A stretch of DNA of 64,000 bases from Candidatus Bathyarchaeota archaeon (GCA_003165195.1 PLSP01000042.1:28-64027), one strand, 5' to 3'; counted from the first letter of the stretch, positions 30,300 to 40,495 are shown. Made by a program: numbers and translations. Notes: a model not told the origin generated them from the sequence alone.

Positions 30300-31607
30300 A
30301 TGGGAATACTTTCGAGAGCAACCCGAAATATTTCCAGAAGAAAAACCAGGTCGCTCCTTGTAATTGTGGTATTAAGTTTTGCTTTGGCAATGTTGATCAC
30401 GATTCCTCCAAGCATCACCGCCAGCAAAGCCACCACCCAAAAAACCATCTCCGCCCTGACAGAGGCTACCCAATCCGTTAATGCAACGGTAACTGCCGTA
30501 GCAACTCAAATAGACTGCCATCTGCCAGCGGTCTCTGTTCCCAATGCAGGTCCTGATAATCAAACCATCGTTGAGCAGCCGCTAATAAACATGACAGACT
30601 ACTCCAACCTCACCTCGATCCCAGACGTCACCAACGTCATACCCATCTTTGACCAAACAGTATACAACGGCAGCTTCGCGTATGACGTCTATGGGATACC
30701 GTTGGATAACGCTTCTTTGCTGAATATGTACCCATTGCTTCTGCCTTCTAACATTACGTCTGGACGAAACCTGCAGGCAGGCGACAGCGGCGTAGTTGTA
30801 CTTCAGGAGCGCGTTGCCGATCATTTCAATGTCACAATTGGTGGAACCGTTAACATTTTAAATCAAACTTTCCAGGTGGTCGGCGTCGAGGGATATACGG
30901 CTCTTAACGAAACCGCCGCCTACATGAACCTCAACGATGCACAGACAATAACTAACAACACGGGGAATGTAACTGACTTTAAGGTTTTTGCCAACAACGT
31001 CACTACCGTAGAAGATGTCGCCAGCAAAATCAGCATTATGTACCCCAAGTTGTCGGTTTCGATAGCTGCTTCCCTAGTTGACTCGGTGATCCAAATGCAA
31101 ACCCAGACCAACGAGGAGCTGCAGATGGCACAGGCTTCCATGAGCCAAATCCAAAGCACCGGTACGATGGAGATTGCGGTCGTCACCTTGGTAGTTGCGG
31201 CAATCGTGATGTTCATAATGTTGTACACGGTTCGGGAGCGAACCCGCGAAATTGGAACCTTGAAGGCGTTGGGTGCCAGTAGCTTGGCGATTTTAGGGCA
31301 GTTTATGATTGAAGGCGTACTGTTGAGCTTAATCGCAGGCTTAGTGGGAATACTAATTGGTACCGTAGGCGCTACGTCTCTGGCAAACCTGCTGCTTCCA
31401 CATCCAACCCAAGCCGGAAACAGCACTGTATCAACAGCAGGCGTATCTATAGGCTCGGCTTCGTCAGCTTCCATCTCCGTAACCTTAACCTCAGAACTTG
31501 TGCTGCTGGGATTGGGGGTAGCTGTACTGTTAGGTGCACTCGGCAGCTTGTATCCCGCGTGGAGAGCAGCCAGAACCAGGCCAGCGGAGGCAATGCGGTA
31601 TGACTAA
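30300..31607 (+). CDS. MacB/FtsX-type ABC permease 2 (paralog of 26899)
   Basis: MGILSRATRN, RERTREIGTLKALG, YPAWRAARTRPAEAMRYD. Confidence 0.92.
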   Translation: MGILSRATRNISRRKTRSLLVIVVLSFALAMLITIPPSITASKATTQKTISALTEATQSVNATVTAVATQIDCHLPAVSVPNAGPDNQTIVEQPLINMTDYSNLTSIPDVTNVIPIFDQTVYNGSFAYDVYGIPLDNASLLNMYPLLLPSNITSGRNLQAGDSGVVVLQERVADHFNVTIGGTVNILNQTFQVVGVEGYTALNETAAYMNLNDAQTITNNTGNVTDFKVFANNVTTVEDVASKISIMYPKLSVSIAASLVDSVIQMQTQTNEELQMAQASMSQIQSTGTMEIAVVTLVVAAIVMFIMLYTVRERTREIGTLKALGASSLAILGQFMIEGVLLSLIAGLVGILIGTVGATSLANLLLPHPTQAGNSTVSTAGVSIGSASSASISVTLTSELVLLGLGVAVLLGALGSLYPAWRAARTRPAEAMRYD

Positions 31608-31863
31608 GTTAATGCTAAAAAAGAGAATCGTTACTCAAGGGCAAGCAAAACTTTAGTGTACAGTATTTTTTCTTTCTGACAAAACGATAACGTAGTAGCT
31701 ATATAAAATGAAGAATCTTCTAAGCAATTTGTTAGATCAAAAATTTTTTTCTCTAACGGAGCCTCTAACAGACGCCTACAAAGTAACCTCTTGCGTCAAG
31801 AAATTGCAAATAGTCAAAAACAAAAAAAGAATGGATGTAGATGAAGCTCGCATTATTTTGGTT

Positions 31864-32403
31864 TTACATTGTAAGGACGCAATCGATGAAAACGTCTTCA
31901 TAGCCACCGGCGTTATAGCCTGCGATCGCTACGTATCGGAAGGGTACACCTGAAGGACCGTAAAAAGTATACCAGAAAGCTGAGGTATAACCGATGGTCT
32001 GGGGATTTGGTGCTATTGCAGCAGACCATGGACCAGTGGGACTACTAGAGACGTACACATACAACTGACTGCTTGTGTATCCGCTGGCTGCTTTTGCATG
32101 AATTGTAATTGCTGACCCTGCATTTACTGTAGCGCTCATTGTGAGCACTGCAATTCCTCCGTCACCTATGGCTCCACCGCCATATATTTGTGCAAAGTTC
32201 CCGCTAGGTGCAGTTCCAACAAAACCCGCTGAATTGTAGACGTTACCTCCGCCAATGGGGCTGGTTCCGTAAACGCTTATGCAGTAGGTGGGATTTAGAG
32301 GTACGATGTCTGCTTTTGCCTGAGGTGTTGCGAGGCTTGCGAACATTGCAAAGCATAGCAGCGCTATTATCGGAGTAATTAACCAAAACTTTTTCGTATT
32401 CAT
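31864..32403 (-). CDS. Secreted beta-sandwich protein
   Basis: GGAGGTGA RBS; signal peptide MNTKKFWLI...AKA; FRYVAIAG..VFIDCV jelly-roll-like end. Confidence 0.7.
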   Translation of the reverse strand: MNTKKFWLITPIIALLCFAMFASLATPQAKADIVPLNPTYCISVYGTSPIGGGNVYNSAGFVGTAPSGNFAQIYGGGAIGDGGIAVLTMSATVNAGSAITIHAKAASGYTSSQLYVYVSSSPTGPWSAAIAPNPQTIGYTSAFWYTFYGPSGVPFRYVAIAGYNAGGYEDVFIDCVLTM

Positions 32404-32857
32404 ATTTTCACCTCCATTTTTTCTGTTCTGATTATTTCTTATCATTGCGCCTCTCACTTGGCGCTCCTAATTATCGGTGCTTTTCTGCAGTTAAGAGCGT
32501 TTTCACGATTCAGACCCGATTCGGGTACGACTCGTACCTCAACCAACATTGCGCCTATTAATTGTGGAAGGTGCATGTAAGCGACTAAAAGCAGGAACAC
32601 TTTTATTTTTATGTCGCCTGATTTTGACAGAAGTTAAAAACCCGCCATCATTTATGGTACCTGAGGATTCACTCGCCAAAACAAGTAATTTCAGTTTGTA
32701 ATGGCAGTCCAGCGATTTTGATAACCAAAATTTAGTCTTAGTTGCTCAACTTGCATAGCTTCCACTAAAGCATAAATTAAATGGTGAAAAAATTAAGGAT
32801 AACAGCAATAATCTCAATGTTATATTAAACAAAAAAAGAAAAAGATAAGAGAAAATT

Positions 32858-33118
32858 CTAAGTTCCAGTTGCCGTTTTTGCTTCTTGTGCTGCTTGTGGA
32901 GCATTCTGCTTGACAGTATTGACGCCGTTAACAATGTCTGTAACTGCATCTGTAAGGTTGCCATCTATGAGTTCTTCGCTTCCTTTAACAATAGAGATAA
33001 CGCCAACAACAGTTAATCCGATGCCTGAATAGCCTATGCCAGATGCAACAGAAGCAGTAATCCCTAAGATGGTAACGATTACACCCAAAGCAGCTATAAT
33101 TTTATTTGTGGTTTTCAT
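32858..33118 (-). CDS. Small 2-TM viral protein (holin-like)
   Basis: Two hydrophobic helices; last gene of the structural operon; followed by a T-rich tract on the coding strand. Confidence 0.55.
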   Translation of the reverse strand: MKTTNKIIAALGVIVTILGITASVASGIGYSGIGLTVVGVISIVKGSEELIDGNLTDAVTDIVNGVNTVKQNAPQAAQEAKTATGT

Positions 33119-33269
33119 TTTCAATTTCACCTCCCATAAACACGCGTGATTAAATCACCAGGAAAACCAAGAGAATGTTACCACGTACGTTCGGAGCCCA
33201 AGCTGCACGCAGTAATCCCTTGACACAAAACAACTTTTTTAATTCAATAACAAAAAACTAAGGCATATC

Positions 33270-33683
33270 CTACTTGGCTGGGGCACGAACCGCAACATCT
33301 GCATTAGCTTTCTTCATTACAGCCGCCTCCGCCTCATCCTTCAGGTCCTCAGCAGACTTTTTACCCTCAACAAAGCGCTCGTACAGTCCGAGCGTACTGA
33401 TATGCAGTTTTTTCTGTTCACTTGCGGTTTTGAGGGCTTCCACGATTATGTCATGGGCTTTCTCGCCGACGGCAACGTCTTTGAGCACTGTAAGCTTGTC
33501 TTTGTTAAGGTCTTCGTATTTGCTGCCGTTGGACAATTTATATTCAACAATAAATTCGCGATGTTCCTCTTCCGTAAAACCTAACGCCGTCTGTAAATCA
33601 CGAATTATTTTCAATGTAGAAGCGGTTCCTTCCTTAGGGATCACATTTAGCAGATTTATTCTTTCAGCTGGATTAAACTTCAA
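33270..33683 (-). CDS. Viral protein downstream of the tail fibre (possible assembly chaperone)
   Basis: ERINLLNVIPKEG...LKIIRDLQ.ALGFTEEE motif; GAGGTGA RBS. Confidence 0.65.
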   Translation of the reverse strand: MKFNPAERINLLNVIPKEGTASTLKIIRDLQTALGFTEEEHREFIVEYKLSNGSKYEDLNKDKLTVLKDVAVGEKAHDIIVEALKTASEQKKLHISTLGLYERFVEGKKSAEDLKDEAEAAVMKKANADVAVRAPAK

Positions 33684-33735
33684 ATCTTCTCACCTCAATT
33701 AACAATTAATTTATTGATAACAAAAAATGGAGAAA

Positions 33736-34014
33736 CTAACTGGATGCAGGGGCTGATGTTGCTGGAGCGGTTGTCGTTGCTGCTGCCGCTGCCGTGATGG
33801 TCGCATTCAAGGATGCAGCCGTTATGGCTGGCACTCCAAAAATCGTTGCTAAAGCTGCGACTGTATCTGGGAAATCGTTGAATACTTGCTGAAGTGGCGG
33901 AGTGAAAGGCTGACCCATAGTTTGCTGAGTAACAATAAAGCCGTTTGAAACTTGCTGAACAGTAACACTAACCAGAGGAGTAGGTGATGTTGAGGGCGTT
34001 GTCAAATCAATCAC
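33736..34014 (-). CDS. Small viral structural or hypothetical protein
   Basis: Overlaps the tail-protein stop; VQQVSNGFIV motif; Ala/Thr tail. Confidence 0.6.
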   Translation of the reverse strand: MIDLTTPSTSPTPLVSVTVQQVSNGFIVTQQTMGQPFTPPLQQVFNDFPDTVAALATIFGVPAITAASLNATITAAAAATTTAPATSAPASS

Positions 34015-37000
34015 CTCCCATCTTTAGGGTTAATTCGTCCATGCGCAACTGTAACTCGTCTATTCTTGTTCTTGCTTTATCTAACTCTTCCCTGAGCTCA
34101 TCGTTAATGATCTCTTGCTCGTCAAGCTTCTTGACAATTAATTGCTGAACGCATAAATGCCAGCCATCCATCGTGGATGACTCATAGAACCCATCTTTAT
34201 TTTTGAGATGCTTTATGCAGTCAGGGTCAATTGTGCCGCCTTTAAGTTTGATGTTACGGATTAAATCAAAGTTTATTTTTTCATTAAATTCATCATGCAA
34301 CAGCTCGTTGAAAGCTGAGGGTGCATGGATATAGTAAATGTAGACTGAGTACACGTAGTTCCAATAAGAGCTTGATGTTCCGCAGGATCCGCCACCGCCA
34401 TAGATAGTTATTCCAGTTGTTAAGCTATTTATGACGTTACAATAGAGATATTGTGTATCTACTATTTGCCAAGGATAGCTATATGAACCGCAATAGTATG
34501 AGCCGCCAGATGTCGGAAGTATGTTACCGCCTATACTAATTGAACTGCATGATATTGTGCTCGTGACAAGGCCACCCGTGGAGCAATAAAGAGTTCCACC
34601 CGATGATAGATACACCAATGCCCAGTTTGATGAGGTGCCAAAAGCTAAAATGTTGCCGCCCGCACCAGAATCTCCGGGTCCAATTGTAAAGCTGTAACCT
34701 GCGTTTGTGTTTGTGATTGCAAGTTGCCCCCCAACTCCACCGTTAGCTATGGTAATAGGATAGCCGTACCCAGCTTTTGGAATAAGCGTGTTCGTATAAA
34801 CTGAATAGGCAACCATACCTTGCCAAGCATTTGAACCTGAACCAAGCCCAAAAGAATTATCCACTGTCGGGTCAAAACTCCCATTTCCATAAATCGTGAC
34901 GTACGCACCAGAAGAACCACCCAAGTACAAAGTGCTTGAAGAATTAAGCCAGGAACCACTAACCCAAAAATTACTGTCCTCACATTGACCTGTAACGTTC
35001 ATGCTGCCATTCACAGTCAAAAAGTCCCATATGCCCACTCGCCTACCGCTACCAGCCGAATAGTTTCCAAGAATCATGAGGCATTTGTATGAACCTGAGT
35101 CGTTTGCCAGAATCGACGTCGTTGCAGTGCAATCCGACCAAGTTGACGACCAATTCTTCTCTATGTTAACGCCAGCAAATGAACCATAGTTATTTCCTGT
35201 TACGCCGTTTGAGATAGTCATGTTGCCAGACTGGTCTAAGAGGAGAAGGTCAACGGTCCAACCGTAATCCACGACGTCTAATCGTTGTCCTGAAGCTCCG
35301 AGCTGTATCGTGCACCCAGGAATAGAATCAGTCCGACAGAAAATTTCAGGATACCCCGTATTATTTGCCCCTGTCCCTCGTGGACCTATTCTAAGCAAAC
35401 TGCCAAGATACAAACTGCCATAAGCATCAAACCACGATATCGGAGGCCAATCATTATTGGTATCTCCTATCGCTAAAGGATACGCTGACGAAGAAGGCGC
35501 TGAAAGATACAAAGTATAAACAGACCAGTTCCCAGAACACCAAAGCCTATTCGTGCCTGAATAAGATACATAGAACGAATTCGTTATTGTTCCGCCATTC
35601 CAAGCAACGCTTCCCGATATTGTGCCAGTAACGGTTAGGTTGCCGTTTATGTACACCATAGGATTTGCGGTACCGGTTATGTAAAGCGGATTTCCGTAGG
35701 TGTTAAGAACATTGTAGACTGTTGAACCGATAGTGTAGTTACCGTTCATTGCTAAATAAGTGGCTCCACCGTACACGCCAATTTTGATTGCTGCAGACGC
35801 GTTTGTACATAAGACACTATCAAACACTGCGTCGCTGGTTATGTTCAATGCTTGATTTGGCAACGAAGAAGCAGCAGCATAATAACTTGCTAACTGCCCG
35901 TTCAGTTCGGTTGCATTTGTAGCTGTAGCCGCATTGCCAGTGCATGACCCTGAAGAACCAGAACAGTTGCCCGTAACGTTACCTGAAAATGTCCCGGTTA
36001 TAGTACCGTTAACGGTTACGTTTCCATTCACATACATAATGGGAATAGACGTACCCGTTATGTACAAGGGATAAGCGTAGGTGTTAAGAATGTTGTACGC
36101 CGTGGAACTGATCGTGTAGTTGCCGACCATTACCAAGTAGGGCGCTGAAGGATTTGAGGACGGAGAGATCTTTATGGCTGCAGAAGTATTCGTGCAGTTC
36201 ACGCTGTCAAACACCGGGTCCGCCGATGATGCGCCCGTTAACTGGGAAAATTGAATGGGCATTGATGTGTAATTTGAAATTTGGCTGTAAGGTATTGTCC
36301 AGCCAGACGGGACGGTGCCGGATCCTGAAAGCGTGGCAGGAGTAATAGCAGTTCCAAGCTGAGTAGTGGAGATTGTACCGGCTAGAAGCGCGAATGTAAC
36401 TTGAGCGTATATTGGTGCTGAACTTCCTTGGCCTTCCAAAAAGTAGCCACTTGTACCGAGCGGCATTTGAGTTAATGTTGTTGTTAGAGTTACCCATTTA
36501 GGCGGGGCGCCTGAACCTTGACTTTGCAAAATCTGTCCGCTTGAGCCGACCGTGGCGCTTCCGATTGTTCCTGTGTTTAAGGGGCACAACAAAGTTATCG
36601 CTGAAGACTCTAGGCTATTCAGGAAGTCTGTGTAACAGAAAACTTGGTCAACCCATAGAAACGGGTACTTGTACGTGCCTAAGCCAATCATAGGCGCAGT
36701 GTAGGGCGATCCAGACTGCGGTGTAATTGTTGCTGTGGCTGAGGAGCCATTTTGGTTCGCAACTGACGGAATAATATACGTTAGATAGTTGCTGTTGAAA
36801 GTCAAAAATGACGCTGGAAACCCCGAAGAAGGAACAGGCAATAACGGGTTATTGCCTAGCATCAAGGACGCGACGTCACCAAAATTATCAGCTAATGTTA
36901 CGTACATGCCCGATGTGTTTGGATCACTGCCATCAGGCATGGTCTGCAATGCGGCTGAAGCGTTAGCCAGCGAGGCTACAACACCGTTAATTGAAGAAGT

Positions 37001-37273
37001 CGCGTTAATCAATGCGAGAAAAGCGCCTGCGGGCGTGACAATTTCTAAAGTGCTTTTTGTTAAGTTCTTTGTAATTCGGTAAATCGCATAGTTGCCGCTT
37101 AAGCCAAGCTCGGCGCCATTTGATATCGTGACCAAATCGCCGCTGTTCAAAGCGACTGTTTGCGAAATGTCAGCTTCTAGCGGGCAACCGCTATTTGTTT
37201 CTGCTAAACTCTGCAGGTACGCGGCTGCCAAAGCATTCAAAGACACCTGGCTTGTAACAGCATTATTAGTCAA
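34007..37273 (-). CDS. Tail fibre/receptor-binding portion of a split tail protein
   Basis: G/S/T/N-rich beta repeats, duplicated module, (L/C)G-S/T-xxx-W motifs, C-terminal coiled coil (chaperone-like); TTG start lies inside a 16-bp duplication. Confidence 0.75.
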   Translation of the reverse strand: MTNNAVTSQVSLNALAAAYLQSLAETNSGCPLEADISQTVALNSGDLVTISNGAELGLSGNYAIYRITKNLTKSTLEIVTPAGAFLALINATSSINGVVASLANASAALQTMPDGSDPNTSGMYVTLADNFGDVASLMLGNNPLLPVPSSGFPASFLTFNSNYLTYIIPSVANQNGSSATATITPQSGSPYTAPMIGLGTYKYPFLWVDQVFCYTDFLNSLESSAITLLCPLNTGTIGSATVGSSGQILQSQGSGAPPKWVTLTTTLTQMPLGTSGYFLEGQGSSAPIYAQVTFALLAGTISTTQLGTAITPATLSGSGTVPSGWTIPYSQISNYTSMPIQFSQLTGASSADPVFDSVNCTNTSAAIKISPSSNPSAPYLVMVGNYTISSTAYNILNTYAYPLYITGTSIPIMYVNGNVTVNGTITGTFSGNVTGNCSGSSGSCTGNAATATNATELNGQLASYYAAASSLPNQALNITSDAVFDSVLCTNASAAIKIGVYGGATYLAMNGNYTIGSTVYNVLNTYGNPLYITGTANPMVYINGNLTVTGTISGSVAWNGGTITNSFYVSYSGTNRLWCSGNWSVYTLYLSAPSSSAYPLAIGDTNNDWPPISWFDAYGSLYLGSLLRIGPRGTGANNTGYPEIFCRTDSIPGCTIQLGASGQRLDVVDYGWTVDLLLLDQSGNMTISNGVTGNNYGSFAGVNIEKNWSSTWSDCTATTSILANDSGSYKCLMILGNYSAGSGRRVGIWDFLTVNGSMNVTGQCEDSNFWVSGSWLNSSSTLYLGGSSGAYVTIYGNGSFDPTVDNSFGLGSGSNAWQGMVAYSVYTNTLIPKAGYGYPITIANGGVGGQLAITNTNAGYSFTIGPGDSGAGGNILAFGTSSNWALVYLSSGGTLYCSTGGLVTSTISCSSISIGGNILPTSGGSYYCGSYSYPWQIVDTQYLYCNVINSLTTGITIYGGGGSCGTSSSYWNYVYSVYIYYIHAPSAFNELLHDEFNEKINFDLIRNIKLKGGTIDPDCIKHLKNKDGFYESSTMDGWHLCVQQLIVKKLDEQEIINDELREELDKARTRIDELQLRMDELTLKMGGD

Positions 37274-37297
37274 AGTAATTGTTAGTCAAAGTAATTG
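37266..37297. repeat. Exact 16-bp tandem duplication TTAGTCAAAGTAATTG x2
   Basis: Copies at 37266-37281 and 37282-37297. Confidence 0.97.
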
Positions 37298-37943
37298 TGT
37301 TGTTACCTGCTCCGACGCTTCCCGCAGTGCCAATGATTACTTGTCCAGTAGGACTGACACCGCGAATAATTACTCCCGCATAGGCTGTTTTGCTTCGATC
37401 AAAGTTAACTTGACTTTGTGTATCAACTGTTATTGAGGTTGGTGTTTGGTTGCCTTTTACCCCGATAATAACTGTTGAACCCGTGTTGTAGACGTTTTGG
37501 TTAAGGAGAGCGGCCAAGTTTTGAGCAGCAGTTAAGCAGTCTGTTGAATTAAACTGAATGCTCACTGCAGTGGTTGGGCAAGAGCCAGGAGTCATACCTG
37601 ACGCGGCACAGATAGCAGCCAAAACCGAGTTCGCGGCCACATTATTGTACGCCCCTGTGATTTGGCGTTTCTGCATGACCTCAAAAGTGTTGTTATAAAC
37701 TGTGCAGGTTATCTGAGTAAAAGTAGCGGTGTAAGCTTCAAGTAAGCCGCTGAAAATTACGGTGCTTCCCCACAGCAGCTGCACTTGCTGGTTACTCTTC
37801 ACAAATGCCAAGTTCGCCGACGTATTGGGAATAATAAAATCAAGTTCGAGTTGCCCGTTCAATTCATCAATAATCTGGTTAAACAAGGCATTCGGTACCG
37901 TAACCCAACTAGTACCGTTATTGTATTGAAAAGTAAAAACCAT
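37266..37943 (-). CDS. Tail hub/baseplate-like N-terminal portion of the split tail protein
   Basis: Follows the Dit-like gene; IFSGLLE..T...ITCTV pattern; ends prematurely in the duplication. Confidence 0.65.
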   Translation of the reverse strand: MVFTFQYNNGTSWVTVPNALFNQIIDELNGQLELDFIIPNTSANLAFVKSNQQVQLLWGSTVIFSGLLEAYTATFTQITCTVYNNTFEVMQKRQITGAYNNVAANSVLAAICAASGMTPGSCPTTAVSIQFNSTDCLTAAQNLAALLNQNVYNTGSTVIIGVKGNQTPTSITVDTQSQVNFDRSKTAYAGVIIRGVSPTGQVIIGTAGSVGAGNNTITLTNNYFD

Positions 37944-38338
37944 TAGAGATTCACATAGGACGCTGCATGTTTGAATATCAAAGTAAATTTGAGCACTGGA
38001 TTGTTTGCGTAATCCTTAGTTTGAATGAACGTTGCTTTATCCAGTTTCCAGGTGCTGTTGAGGCTTGATCGGGGTGTAGATAACGTGCAAACTAAGCCTC
38101 GAAAACCAAGAAGAGGCGTAACATAATTGGTATCCAGGTAAGCCATGTTCTGGCCTAAAACGTTAAGAACGCCCTCCAAAGTAAGCTGCCGAATGTCGCT
38201 GCCAATAGAAACGAGAACGGGTTCTTGCTCAGGAACTGTAATTGTCGTGTCATCGACGGTGGGCGCTTCATCGGTTACTGTCTGCGGCGCCAAGGGCAAC
38301 GTAACCGTGGTGGATCCTTGTGTTATCTGCCAGCTCAT
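37943..38338 (-). CDS. Distal tail (Dit-like) / minor tail protein
   Basis: Immediately follows the tape measure gene; LPLAP..V....RQLTLEGVL. Confidence 0.6.
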   Translation of the reverse strand: MSWQITQGSTTVTLPLAPQTVTDEAPTVDDTTITVPEQEPVLVSIGSDIRQLTLEGVLNVLGQNMAYLDTNYVTPLLGFRGLVCTLSTPRSSLNSTWKLDKATFIQTKDYANNPVLKFTLIFKHAASYVNL

Positions 38339-39811
38339 CTACAGCACCTTGTTCATTAGTCCTTTCTTGTACATGGCGTCGCAGATGCCTTTGCTTACGG
38401 CGTCACGTGTTTGCTTAAGTGAAGCTGATCCTGTAATGCCGCCGTTTATTGTGATGTTGGGCGAAGAAATATTCACGTTACTTGTTCCAGAACCGCCTTT
38501 AACATTTACGTTTCCAGCTAGACCCTGCAGGCTGCTGCCTAATGTGCTGGTTTTGTGTGCGAGTTGATCGCTAAGCGAGATGCTCTGCGTAACCTGTTTG
38601 TTAAATTCTTCCGCAGCGGGTGCAGCGTGCGCAAAACATAAGTGACTAAGAGCTGAACCCAAATCGCCAATCAAGCTACTTAGAGGCTTTACGGCGTTCG
38701 CAACAGCATTAATCGCCACTTCAAAAGCCTTCACTGGAATCAATGCAACGTCCAAATCTGCAACAAGAATTTCCTTGAAAAAGTTAGCCACTGGCAAAAG
38801 AATGGTTGTGTAAGCCCAGTTAAGCCCACTCCATAGGGCGTCTCCTGCGCTTTTCAAATCGTCAAAGGCAGAAAGCAACGCTCCGCCGATTACATGACCC
38901 AGGTCATTCATGAAGTCGCGGAAGGGTTTGCAGTGCTCATAAGCTTCATAAAATATGGCTGCTAACGCGGTAACTGCCAACACGACAAGCATGATCGGGT
39001 TTGCGTCGCAGACTGCATCGAATAAGCCCATGGCACCCGTCGCCGCCTCTGTAGCGCCAACCTGGATCCACTGAGCAGCTGACTGCATATTAGTCGCCAC
39101 CGTACTAGCAATCGTGCCAAGCGTCCCAGCTTCACGAAGGCTATTCAATGTCGTCATAATACCGACGACACTGGGAATAACCGTCAACGAAGACATTATC
39201 AAAGTACTGTTATAGTTTCGCTGAGCTTCTGAAACCCGTTCCTGATCTACGCTTTGAGTCTGCTCCGCCAAAGCAAGTTTATTCTGGGCATCCTGCGCCT
39301 GCAAACTCGTCGGACCATATTCGGCAACAGCTTTATTGTATGCTTGCTGAGCCAAAGTCACGGAATTCGCAGCTTTCTCCTCAGTCAAATTAGCTCTGGC
39401 AAGTGAAGTTTGCGCATTCTCGATGTTATTTACGCTCATATAGAGCATGGCGCCGCTCATCGCCATCGTGTTCATTTGCATTGCATTTTTGCCAAAGCTG
39501 CTGCTTGAAGCCTCAGTTGCTTCTCCCGCCTGCTGTGTGCTGATTGTAACCTGATTCATGCTTACCTGCGCCGAATCAGCAGCTTGATTAAAAGAATCCT
39601 GCATCTGAACAGTGTCAGCCTGAACAGTAGTCGTCATACTGGTGACGCTGCTTGACGTATTCTGCATGCTATCTGACACGTCGGTGCTCATTGCATCGGA
39701 AGCTTCGCTGACATTGCTGCTCATATCAGTAAAGTTGCTGCTGACCTCTTGGAAAACATCCGAAGCATCGTCAGTTGCAACAATGTCTATTTCTGCAGGA
39801 GCTCCACTCAC
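38339..39811 (-). CDS. Tape measure protein
   Basis: IDIVATDDAS N-terminus; Ala/Ser/Gln-rich helical body; ANPIMLVV..ALAAIFY motif; follows the chaperone. Confidence 0.85.
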   Translation of the reverse strand: MSGAPAEIDIVATDDASDVFQEVSSNFTDMSSNVSEASDAMSTDVSDSMQNTSSSVTSMTTTVQADTVQMQDSFNQAADSAQVSMNQVTISTQQAGEATEASSSSFGKNAMQMNTMAMSGAMLYMSVNNIENAQTSLARANLTEEKAANSVTLAQQAYNKAVAEYGPTSLQAQDAQNKLALAEQTQSVDQERVSEAQRNYNSTLIMSSLTVIPSVVGIMTTLNSLREAGTLGTIASTVATNMQSAAQWIQVGATEAATGAMGLFDAVCDANPIMLVVLAVTALAAIFYEAYEHCKPFRDFMNDLGHVIGGALLSAFDDLKSAGDALWSGLNWAYTTILLPVANFFKEILVADLDVALIPVKAFEVAINAVANAVKPLSSLIGDLGSALSHLCFAHAAPAAEEFNKQVTQSISLSDQLAHKTSTLGSSLQGLAGNVNVKGGSGTSNVNISSPNITINGGITGSASLKQTRDAVSKGICDAMYKKGLMNKVL

Positions 39812-39814
39812 GAT

Positions 39815-40353
39815 TTAGCCTTCTGACAATTTTTTGAACCATACTGCTGATTGAATCAAAAACTCAAGCTGAAAATTGGTCAAGCTTGCCGCGTATTCTA
39901 GGGTGTAGTGGTAGAGGTTGACGATGGCTGCGATCCGCTGGGCTTCGCTGCTCCAGTTGATCCAGTCATTGACCGCCTCACCTGACGCGGTAAAAAACCC
40001 TCATTAAGCAACGCCTTCTCCAGGGCACGCACCAAATCCCATGGGGCATCGCGCAGATCCTTCTCGGATAAGTCTGGGTAGCATGGCCTCATCATCTTTA
40101 GAAGAGCCTGCAGTTCGAATTCCCGTTGATCATCCTTGTAGAATTTAGCTAAATCGCTAAGCTCGTTATGAGTCAGTAATACGAATTTGACCCATCCGGC
40201 GCCAGGCACATTAGCCTCCTGCGGAACCTTACTACTTTTTAGCAGGCCTACGCTAAAGTTTTTGAACCGCTCCTTCTGCTCTGCCTCGTACTCGTTGAAT
40301 GCTGCTTTAAGTTTCTCGAATCCTTCACTGTCAAATTTTTCTTCACTCATCAA
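39815..40353 (-). CDS. Tail assembly chaperone with -1 frameshift extension (gpG 39898-40353; gpGT to 39815)
   Basis: Between tail tube and tape measure; T TTT TTA at 39991-39997; -1 frame open to TAA at 39815. Confidence 0.8.
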
Positions 40354-40495
40354 ATCACCTCATTACTAACCATTAATATCATGTAATGCTTGGTTAACTC
40401 AATATGACCGGAACAGGCGAACCTTTTTGGTGTGAAATTAAAACGTTTTTTCTGGGGATAAGTCTTAAATCTGCACAGCATAGAAATAATCAAAA

